A stretch of DNA of 64,000 nucleotides from Bugula neritina. Taxonomy: Eukaryota; Animalia; Bryozoa. Position 1 is the first letter of the stretch. Every line of letters starts with the position of its first letter. The stretch is from assembly GCA_964035545.1 (NCBI GenBank), contig OZ037768.1, forward strand, positions 5,798,741-5,862,740, read 5' to 3'. The translations under genes and the position numbers were made by a program. Positions 30,586 through 42,700 of the stretch are shown here, in pieces. Below the pieces are notes generated by a model, which had not been told where the DNA came from, did no database searches, and saw only the letters and a list, made by a program, of their open reading frames with translations.

Positions 30586-33500
30586 TTAGACATAAAATAC
30601 TTCATTTGGTCTTAGTTCTCTCATCTTAGATAGAATATTATGTCTATGTGTAAGAAATTTTGTTGCAAGAAGTTCCATTTCCTGTTTATATTCCATCTCC
30701 AATATTAATATAAAGTTAGATAACTCCGGTATACTAAAGGATTCCCACTACAAAATAATTTATGAGGTTACTGTAGAGGAATATTCATACAGTTTCATTA
30801 CACACTGTTTACTTTCTAACTACAATTATGATCATATGAGAACTGCACCATCCTATGTTTCCAATCACCATACCATCATTGGAGGGATTGCTAACCATCA
30901 TGTTTACTTGCTACATGCGCTCAAGTTGAAACAAAAATGCTATTAAACCTACCATTATATCTCCACTGTAGCATTCCTTCAAGAGAAACTTTTTCTTTTC
31001 TTTAGGCTTGGAATTCCATTGCAGAAAAATTAATAGGGGTTTTTCTGTGCTTGAAATCTTCCTTAGTTTTACTAGAGCAATATATTATATATAGTATAAC
31101 TTAGAATTTGTGGCACATGGTTTTTATCAACCAACCGTTTTTATATTTTATAAGCAAATCCTATTTACCAGATATACAGAAACATACTATTTGGATTATT
31201 TGAGGGGGGGGGAGGGTTAGCTTACCTTCTTTGTCACCCTCATCACTTGTCTGCTCGTATAAACCGTAGGATTTTGGACTATCTATGATGCTGAATTTAC
31301 TTAGAAGATGCCTTATCACCACACTTGATGTATCTTCACTGAAAACAGAGTTTGATGAGAAAATATGAAACCCGCTATGTGCTATAAGTTGCACTGCAGA
31401 CACATTCTATGTATGTCTATCACGTATATTGCATGTACTTATCATGTATTGTGTATGCCATAGACATAAGTATAAATGCATTTTAACAACATATTCTTAG
31501 TAGCATGTCATGCCACCTTGTACATTATTCAGAAATGAAAAACACCTGCATTAACATAGGCATACAGCCAGCATTATCCAGGACATTTAATTATGTTAAA
31601 TTTGAAAAATGCCATATTTGTATAACACATAATGTAACTTGCAATGCCAATTTGATATGTAGAGCAAGGTGTAGGCGATGCAGCAGTCATTATAAATTAG
31701 CTACTCAATCAACAAACATTCAAAATAAGAAATGACAATTTTAAAAGGCTGTATGCACAACTATCCCTCTGCCCTATCTGGATATGCTGGGTATTATTGG
31801 ATATCATGAAGAATCTTGTCAATGCAAGGGTTATTTATTCCCGCAACACAAACTGTTTAAAGGAATCTCTAATTTAAATAATTTAACACATTTTTTAATC
31901 AATAGTTCAAGTCTGGAGAAAATTTAAAATAAAACTTTTTACGACTGCAATCAGTTCTAATGTTTCAGTTAACAGTGTAATAAATCCTTTTGTGGAAATA
32001 GCAACTGTTCACACAGTCTTACTAAATGCTCAGTTTACTAATACATAGAAAGACTCAGCTAAGCTGATTAGTTACAACAAGAAACACTACCTGGTGATGC
32101 GCAGCTTGGTTATAGTGTTCTGGGGTATGGTGGCTGAAGCTGTGATCTTTTCATCTTCTCCCAGGTTTTGTTGAGTAGATTGAAAGATGGATACAGGTCT
32201 AGTGCTGAGCAACATACTAACAGGGTGGTCAAGACACATGCATATCTGGATGTCTCCATGGAATGTTTCCTCTGTATTTCCTCTGCTAACCTGTTATTGA
32301 CACGCTGACAATAACATGTTTGCTGACTTTAAAAAGTCATTACATTTGAACAAATGTACTATAACCTATAGTCTACACAATCATCTATCTCTATAATAAC
32401 AAGTGTTGGAGTTGATGTCTTACAGAAGTATGCTGACAGCAAACCCTTTGCCATTTAGGGTCATTTGTAAAGAATGCTGAACTCAGTGTATTACAAAGAC
32501 AATGAGGCTAGTAAAACTAGAAAGTTATGATAACAATTATTTGTAAACATCAACTCTCAAAAGTGTTGATTCACCATCTGCAAAAATCTCTCTTGCTTAG
32601 GACTAACTTGTTTATTAATAATATTTTATCAGAACTGCTAATCCATGAAAGTTCAAGTCAAATAAGATTTCACTAGTAATTGAGTAATTTATTAGGGAGA
32701 TAAAAATGAAAATTTGTGCCATGGTAACGCTTGCTGTGATATTGTTTACCACAACAAATGATCCTTAGCATGAGTATTGGTTAGGTTTTCACAACCAGAT
32801 TGGCTAATACATTTGCTAAACTGTTGTTTTTTAAGTCTTGAGGGTTATAATACCACTAATGTGATTACGTAAGACACTGATTGTGGTTAGCTTGCATTGG
32901 CTAAGCCTAGTCATTGTAGATTGCCAAATTAAACAAACTTGCTTACAAATATTTCTGTCAGAATGAAGCACGAGTCACTTACTACTGAGGTCTAACTAGG
33001 CACGCACTGTGTGTACTACACCATATCTGTAGACATCATTGACAAACTGCACCCACAGCTCTAGATCAGTTGACTCACAGACATTCTTTCAGCATGACAA
33101 TTAAATAAATAACAGTTAAGTAGGAGATACCTTGGTGAATCTATTGTTTTGGTGGTTTTCATTGTATTTCCGAACTTGCTCCTTAATGTCTGTTGTTTGA
33201 CAGGTGAAGCCTGCTCTTGTATCTCCAGACCCGCTGTACCCAGAGTCCGCATCGTCCTGTATAAAAAGGATTATGCTGACTTGCAATTATGTCTAAAACT
33301 GTTCTTTTTGTGTTTATGGAAGGGAAGTAATTTGCTTGATGCAATAATAATGGCTGTTTAAATTTGTGTTTCTATTGTTAGACGAAGAGCAAATTTTTAT
33401 TCTATGTCACTAGCTTCAGAGTGATGACTAACAAAAATAAAATAATGAGTCACTAAATTTTCGTTAATATATTCAAACTGAGTCATGGAGAAATTTTTAT

Positions 33501-36500
33501 GGAAATAGTGTCATTTGTATTCAAGGTAGTAAATTATAATCATATTGAAGTAATGATAAATATATATTACATAATATTGATACTTTAGATAAACTATTGT
33601 CTGCAGCTCATAGCCATTAGCTAAAGGGATACTATACAATGCACCTGTTTGTATTAATTACCTGTTTTCAACACTGTTTAGGCTTGTTAAATGTTAAGTT
33701 ATCCAATTTAAACTAAAACTGAAACTAAGCTACTTTAATTTTCATGGATTATTTTTCTAATTTTAACTTCATAAGACTACAGCAACTAAATTTTACTGGA
33801 ATGAGACTGGCACCCACAATGTTATCAAGCTGGTGTTTATGTTACAGATAGCTGAGGAATGTAGATTCGACATTTGTATTATAAACATACATTGCATAAA
33901 ATATACTGTGAATGACTGGTGCTGTGTTGTAGCAGGAAATATATTTTTTGTAAACAACAGTTATACACAATGTATGGCCTCCTTACTATAACTCAACTCT
34001 TCTACAGTTATGATGGCATCTAAATTACTCTCAGGTTTTATCCTTAATAAAACAATTGAAAAAGTAGTTGGGCGTAGAGAACCCCCCTCAATTTATGTTT
34101 AATGTAAACTAAGAATTGAGGCAACTTTATCAGCATGATACTTTGACATATTATAACATAAGGCAAAATTAAAACATATAACTCTGTAAAGTGAATAACA
34201 CAAAGCTAATTATATAATGCTATAATAAAGAAATGCCTAATTGTCTAATTGATTAATAATAATAGATTACCTGAAACCCTTTACAACTGTTTAATTCATT
34301 ACCACAAGTTTTATGAGTATCATTAGCATCTTTTGTGATGCTTTTGCCCCTCTGATGTCTGCATCCTTCCTAAAATAGACATCATTGTTATGTAACTGCC
34401 TTACTGCTTTATTTCTGGTTGGCTTTTGTGCTGCAGGAAGAACACGTTGGGTAAAGACAGTTGCCTTTTGTAAAAAAAGTTTCATGTAAGCCAACTAAAA
34501 CTGCATGAATTCACACATCTAGCCCTTGTTCTGGTAGCAAGGAGTAAGTGAATAACTATCAAGGGATCTGTTGATGAATATCAATACATTTCTAAAATCT
34601 GCCATTGTAACACCTTTTTATCTCGTCTTTTATTTTCATAGTTGGTAAATAAAACAATACAAATATGTTGGCACTAAATGGTTTCAGCTTTTTTTAATCT
34701 ATACCAGATTTACATAAAACACATTTGTAGAGAAATCACTGGTAATCATCAATTTCACAGAACTCTGTACCTTTTGAAATAATTTTCCTAAATCATTTCA
34801 ACATTTAGAAAATTATGAATGCATGGTTCCGATATACTTCAACTTCAAGTTTATCTTTAAAACATCTATTAAATATATTACTCTCATGTTGCAAAAATTA
34901 TTTTCTTCTCTATTACTGATACTACATAAAACTTTTTGACAAAACCATAGCACTTCCAAAATCATGAAGTGACACTGGAGACATCTTGTCTACTGAGTGC
35001 CATTCTATCAACCACAATGCAGCTGTGGACTAATCTCTCACCTTGTTTACCAAGTCTTTCAGCACCTTGTCCAACACCCATCTTGCTCGAACTCTGGGAG
35101 AGTTTACTTCCTGTTTAAGAGTCTCTTCAGTCACGGAATCAGACGTGTTTCTGACTAATCGATCTTCTGAAGATGTGCGTCTAGCAGGTGATTCTCTTCT
35201 TGTAAAATATGATGATAAATAAACGTTAGGGGATGGCGCTCGTCCCCTTTGCTCTTGAGTTCTTTCTAGATGAGAAGAACTTGAGCTATGCCTATACCGA
35301 GACTCTGATATCTTTTCAGATTCATGGCGCCGTGACGAATAAACCCGGTGTTTGGACTCTAAAACAAGCAATTAGTATTATAATTTATAGCATCCAATAT
35401 TGAAAAGTAGTTGTCTGTAATATCTTATAAGTTTTTTTTATCAAAATAACTAATAATTTGAATCCTATTTTGATTTCAGCAAAATTTTGTACCTAACCTG
35501 CATATTTATGTCTAATTCAAACTACGAATAGGTGAGATTTTTTAGCTATAAACAGTTTATGGAACAGAACATGCATTTTCTGTTCATTGCTCAATTAACT
35601 GTAAAACAAAAATATATAAAATATCTAAATTCAAGCATACATCAACACTGAGTATTCAATGCCTACCCAGGTTGCTATAGCAAACTGCAATAGCACTTCT
35701 GTAAAATATGATATAAAGTACTGTGATGCAATAATTGCTGCTATAATAACAGTATAATATATTATTGTTCAATCATTTTGGCTACAAACAGCATTGCTCT
35801 ATAATCACTACATATGATAGGCTATAAATACATTCAATGCATATATCATAAATCATGCAACTGATAATATTTTTAGCAAATGTAAAAAGTTAGGAAGGAC
35901 ATTGATAAAGATAGTTTAACTCTATTTAGTTTGTAAGATGCAACACAACAAGTTACTGGGTTTTTGTTCTTTGCATCTTGTGAGAAGGAAAACATTAATA
36001 TAGGCTCCCTCCATATCTCACAGATTCATTTCTTGAGAAATTCCACAGGTCACGAAATGGGTTTGGGCCCCGTTTTGTGGCTCATGTATATGTATATAGA
36101 GACAAAATGGCCAAATTTACTGGGTGAGTTAAATCTGATATCCTACTATGTCACAAATTGAGGTTTCAAGACCCGCAGCTTAGTGAGATGCAGAGGGAGC
36201 GCTGTACTAATCTTACAGTTGAAATAAATTGACATCAAGTGCTGGTATCATCTAAGCAAGTGCACTGCAAAGGATGCATAGAAGTATGGGTGGTATGCAG
36301 TTTTCTTCTCAGTTTAGTTACTAGTAGGTCATGTTATTGCATGTTATGATAGTTTGTATAATTCACAGCTTATTCTTTTCAACTTTGATTTTTAAACTGT
36401 CTGGCATATAAAACTACAAAATGGATGAGTAAAATCATAGTATATGTGGATAGCACCAAATCACTGACATGTAACAGATTGGAAAGATGTCAATGGCAGG

Positions 36501-37315
36501 CCATTCATCAGGGCTGCACTTGACCTATGTATCCGGTTGTCATATAGAACAGTCAGCAGGCATTGTTGAAAGTACTCATGCAGTCTATTCATAAAACATT
36601 ATTTTACATGTGCAATGTAGGTCAGCCATCAAAAGACATGAACATAGATATAGTCCATATATCATATAAAGTCAATATAGTACATCCTTTGAACTCTACT
36701 ATATCTCTCCTTCTTACCTTCGATGTGATGAGTCTGGCTCCTGCTGTATCCATGTTTAGATGTCACTGATGTATACTCAGATGAAAACTTGTCAAACTGT
36801 TTTTGAAATGAATCAAAAACATTGTCTGCTAAAGGTGACCGAAATCTTTGAGGAGACCTGCTGTTAGTAGAAACAAAGTAATCTGTACTCCTTTGACACT
36901 GCAAGTCTAAAGGATTTGAATTGATATCGTACCCAACTGAGGTTAGCGGCAAGGCTTTCATCGGTTCTGGTCGATTCCCATATCCTTTATGAGGCTGTGC
37001 ACAAGCTATGCTAGTCACTGGTGTCGAGGTTAAATGTTTAATTTGAATAGGGATGGCTGTACCAGCCCGCACAGCTTCCACAGTCACCTGGGGAGCATTG
37101 GGGCTAGAACTGTTGTAGTATCTGTGAACCGTCACTTTAGGCTGATCCGAATCTGAACTGCTTTTTCGGCCTTGCACTCGGATACGAACCACATTGCTTA
37201 CACTGTTGCCATCTCCACGGGGGCGAGAAAGATGTTGCACGAAAGGCGGAGCTTGTTCTTTTCGAATTAATACTCTAGGATAGGCTGGCAAAGAATCATT
37301 ATACCATTCCTCCAT
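30586..37315 (-). CDS. RASSF1/3/5-type Ras-association plus SARAH protein, about 577 aa, long disordered N-terminus, no C1 domain
   Basis: Exons 37315-36718, 35358-35042, 34369-34271, 33256-33131, 32290-32091, 31338-31226, 31071-30953, 30747-30586. Motifs DSGYS..IKEQVRKYN, FHGDIQI, VIRHLLSKFSIIDSPKSYGLYE, EKPL, FLLKE and SARAH WESFSIPELSNFILILE. In-frame TAA upstream of the ATG. Confidence 0.88.
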
Positions 37316-39746
37316 AGTGGACGAAAATATCCCTGAATTTGAATCAGCTGGTACTCTTTAGCTTTCAACAGCTAGCAGAGGCTGACCTGTAAGTAAATTA
37401 AAATTCTGCATTTTAAGAAAAAACCTTCATAACAATAGGAAATGTCTTTCATTAATATATCAATCTTTAGAAGATTGAAATCCAAGTTGAAGTATAATAG
37501 GACAAACACCTTGCGTGTATTGTCAGAGCTCACCTGTGTTCAGAGCTGCCAGCTAAACTAGTGTTCAGATAATGAGTAGAGCAGATCACATGTAAGTTCT
37601 ATGAACACCCTTAGTAGATTATGATTAGCTGCTACACCTACGCTAGTAATAGAAACTAATATAGGATTGATAAGATGGGAAATGAAAAGGGAGCATGAAC
37701 TTGGGTATTCCTATTACCTCAGTTATCATCAGTATATGAATGTTAATAAACCATTTATGTTACTATTATATCCTGATACAAGAAAGAATGTTTATACATA
37801 GGTGTATTGTCCGATGCCATAAAGTTGGTTGCTCGCCCAAGAAATTATCTTATAATTATATTCACCAGGTTTCTTTTACAGTTCACTATTTTATTTCTAT
37901 GCAGTTACCAATTAGCTACAGGCACCAAAATAGTCCAGAGTCTAGAGCCCTGTACGTACAAGTTGAAGTACAATAGCCATAGGCTGAGCAATAATCAAAC
38001 ACTGTGAATTATTGTCATCATTAAAGTAACTGCTTATAGCTTATAATATAATAATATATATACTATAATATTTATATTGCTATCGTATTTTTGCAGTCAC
38101 CAGTCTAATATCTGGTTCTGAAATAGGACATCTATAACAGTAACTTCAAAATTTGCTAATCTTGAGTTGCAAGTGTTTCTCACAATTTACTCCTATAATT
38201 TTTAAAACTTACCTTGAAGGAAGGTGCAGCTGAAAATAGAAGAAATTAGGATCAATACAAAGTTATATAATTAAGTTATAAACTTATGGCAAACTTGAGC
38301 AGTTGTGTCAAGAGAGATTCACTTAGTAACTACAAGTTATTCTCCCTACTTCAACTGTGGGAAACTATTGCCATGCCATAGTTGAAAGGTCAAATAAAGA
38401 ATGTGCTATACACTCAACATCAATAAATTACGTTGATTTGGCTGTAGGCAGTAAGCCTGCATGCCTCAACCTCAGTATAATATACCATTTAGGTTTAGAT
38501 TTTGACAGGTTAGCAAATCAACAGCCTCGTAGTCGCTCATAGGACTTCGTAGAGCTACTGGAAGAGCTATAACCTTTTCTGTATTGTCTAGACTCTAGAT
38601 TCTAGCAAATGTAGTTCCGTTATCTATATGCAATATAATATTGCTATGAAAATGAGTTGTCTTTCCACTATTAAAGGAAATACTAGTACTATTATTCAGT
38701 GAGAACATCTTTATAAAACATTTGACAGACTTCAGACAAGGTTGTAAAAGATAAAAACCTAAAGGCTAAGACTAAGATAAGCCTGTGGGGGGAGGGGGGG
38801 TTGCAGTACCTTGCTATGAGTCTAAGTTATAACCTACGGGCTACGACTATAGTATAAACATTATATACTGGAGCACTTGCATCAACATTGTCTAGTTTTA
38901 CTATATTGTATCAGCTAACATCCTGCGTAATTTACATATTATGTAAATTACACAGGATGTAAATTACACAGGATTATGGGTACTTGGTTTTATGGTAACA
39001 TACAGCGTAAGAATACAATGCCCCAAATTTTATTGGTACCATCTTTTTTAACCTTGCAGACCATAGTTATGGTGTGCACATGCATATAATATATCATGTA
39101 CAGATGCCAAGCTCTAAAATTTATCAAAGATATATTAAACACGAAAAATTTATAACTGGAAGGTAAAGAATGTCTATGAAGTTTGGTGCTTGTGCATGTA
39201 TTCTGTAGCATGAACTTTAACTAACAACTATGTTAGTGGGTATTATTACAAAATAAAATTGCGTTTGACTAAATAGGAGAATACAATTTTGACATGAAAC
39301 ATATTTTATTACTGAAAAATGTTTTATAAATAAGTAGCTCAGCAGTGCTTAATATGTTGCATATAATATTTAGAAGATTGTGTGTAAAAATTTTATGTAC
39401 TCAGAAAAAAAGAATTATATTATTGTATTTCATATAATATTGCTTATGTAAACTATAATTATTAAACTTACATAAAATTGTGTTAAGTGTGTTGCAAATT
39501 ACTAAACTTGAAAATTTATTTAAAGTACAATTTTTTTTAAAGCGAAAGTGTTTATTATAACTTTAATAACTTAAATTTAAATAAGCCAGTTGAAAAAATA
39601 AAAGAGCAGATATTGATGTTTCGTTTCAGATCATAAATACATGTTTTGATATCAACATATATACGTTGTTGACAACAGAAGAAATATATAATTGGAAATA
39701 TAATTGTAGTATAAAAGTTTGTTACACAAACCAATAGATGGCTTTG

Positions 39747-42700
39747 TCAGGCATGCAAGAAATCATGCAGGGCTTGCATGTGTCTGCCTCGTGTCAACCT
39801 CTCAAATGTAACATCGCTGGACTCAGTGAGCTCAGATGCATCAGAAATGTCGAGCAGTTCTCTCAACTGTTTTATGCTTTCTGGTTCGAGTTCGTGTTTG
39901 AAGATACAAGCCGGTGGCTTTTTGTTTGTGTTTTCTGAGTTTGTCTTTACGTTGGAGACTCTACAAAATTAAGCGTACACCATTCATAATAAGTATTCAA
40001 TAAGAACAGCTTGTCAAGGAATCTCTGACACACTTTATCTATGCAGTATTAAATTATTTATATAAAATCATGTTAGTTTTTGAGACTGAGGATTGTATGC
40101 TTAAATAATTTTTCGTTATAATGAGTTTTGTGCAAACATATCTTGGATTGACTTGGGATTTCCAATCTGAAGTGAGTAGTATTATGGAACTAAGACTAAT
40201 TATAGCTATTCTTAGCTGCTGCAACATGCACAGCTTAATCACTGAGCTGGCTTGAAAGTTCAAAACTGCTTAAATGAAGTGTGTCAGGGACTCTTTAAGT
40301 CAAAACGGATTAAATTAGTGAGCAAAAAATCTAACAGATTATATTAAAGCAATTTACTTTGTATTACATATCTATTTATAGCTTCAAACTAAATTCTTAG
40401 AAAAATATAAAATAAGGTATTATATAATGAAACAGGTTTTTACATCTAAAAAGAGTTTGTTGAATTACTGTTAATAAAGTGGTTACAACATATGGCAAAC
40501 TTTTGCTGTATATTCAATACCTGCTTGTGATTGGCCCAGTTTGACTAAATCTTTTAATTATCTGAGCATATATATCATCTGTTGATGGAGAAACTGTTGA
40601 TGAAGAAACTGTTGATGGAGCAACTGTTGATGGAGATTCAATGTCAAAAGAAGACGATGATGACATCCTGGAAGCTCTCATCGGTACTGCCACCTTTGTA
40701 CCATCGGTGTCTTCTACTATTACAGTAGTCGGCCTACTTTCACTCATTTCTTCTTCCTGTTTAAGAAAATAACGTCTTGACTGAGTGTGAAGCAAGCAGT
40801 GAGTGAAAAGAAGTCTTTGTATGTCAGTAGCGCAGCATGACTAAGTAGTGCATTTATTACCATGTTTACTCACCTCATTATTTAAATATAACCTTCGAGG
40901 GTTTAGTATTCATGCTTACAGAATGTCATTGATATTCTTAAGTAGTTACGTGCTAGAATCAGTCTCAAATAATTATAATAATAGTAACAATGTATATAAT
41001 GTATATTATTAGTGTTGTGGTATACCAAAGTCATTGGCATACAATAATAGGGGTATAACAAAGTAGCATTATTGTTGTAAACAGAGCTAATTATTGTTCT
41101 ATCAAAACATTATAAATTAAACTAATGTCGGAGTCAACCTGCAACATTTCCAAGCAAATTTTGTAGATGTTTTTAATTTTGGTATTTACAAAGGGAATTT
41201 TCATCTTGCAGCAGCTGAAACTTAATAGAGAGTTGCCTACCTTTAACATTGGCATTTGAGAGACAACTTCTGTGATCCTCTTAGTAGTCGGCCTCATCCT
41301 CATGATAGATGGCTTAGTGGACATGTTGTCTTTGCCTAGTTTAAGATTACTTGTGGTTTCTTTCACTGCTGTTGCAAATTATTAGTAAATTTTAGATAAA
41401 ATTGTTCAGTTAGACAAGAAAACTACAAATATAACCTAAATATTTACACATTATATGCATTTTTAAGGATAATTTAATTTACAGTGTGTCCTATATTAAA
41501 CTAATTTTAGGTAAAAATGGCACCGGTAAAAATGGCACCGGTAAAAATGGCACCATAAAATGGCACAGGTAATAATGGCACAGGTAATAATTGCACAAAT
41601 GGAAAAAGTAGATAAAGATGGCACACTGATGTTAAATTTTCCCAAACCCAAACCCTCAATCTTTAAACTCCATCCCCAAACCTTAACCCCCCATTCCAAA
41701 TCCCCAACCACCACCCCAAACCCTAATATTGAAAATGTGCCATTTTTACCTACTTTGCCATTTGTGCCATTATTACCAGTGCCATTATTACCTATGCCAT
41801 TATTACCTTTGTCATTTTTACCGTGCCATTTTTACTGGACATTTATATACTATATAGCTTCAAATGCACAAAGTTTAAAAAAGAAATCAGTGTTCCTATG
41901 ATTTGACATTTTATCTTTTAAAAAAAAACTTATTTGAATATTCTTTTACCAATAAAGATATGTAAAATCGTAATTCAAGCTGCTTGCTGTTCACCTTTAT
42001 ATAAGATAAGACCATCCGTAGATCAAATGATATTATAATCAATGTTATCAACTTATATATGAACAAACAACATTAAAAACTCACATTTGTTTAACATGTT
42101 TAACAGTGAGAAACCTTGATAGCAAATGTTTTTAAATGAACTAAAGACTGTACTTCCTACTATGCTGGCAATTTTTAAGGTATGCATCATCAGTAGCATC
42201 AATAAGCCTGTGAAGGTTTGAACCCATAACCAAGGACATGCATGTGTTTACCGAAATTATAACAAAACGAATTAATTAAAACAGCCTCCAGCTTCTGGTT
42301 CTTTAAATTTTTTAGTTAACTATCACAGATTTCAAAATAAAATGTTGCATTAAGTTAGTCAAGAGCAGATTTACACACAGCTTTAAAAGTTATAAAGATA
42401 CAAAGCAAACTATGATCAGCAAAAAACATTGTCTCGGCAAAAATAAAAGAAAAAAGTTCATTACAAATATCTACAGATGCAGGGGCTGTGCTCAAACAGT
42501 TTAGGATGTGAAAGGTTTAGAATTACTCACTTGGCATAGAGGAAGGCTCAATCTCTCCGTACACGTCATCCACCAGACTGTTGGAGTCTCCACAGCTGCT
42601 ATTAGTACTATTAGCAGAGAACGGTGCTAGCGACACTTCCTCATATATGTGCATCTCAGCATCATCTGAACAAGCTGAGTTACTACTTGACTGCACTGAA

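Noticed and set aside
33008-33060. Extra RASSF exon (LWVQFVNDVYRYGVVHT)
   Set aside because: Phase-incompatible; 33256-33131 joins 32290 directly and already supplies the homologous KYN segment.
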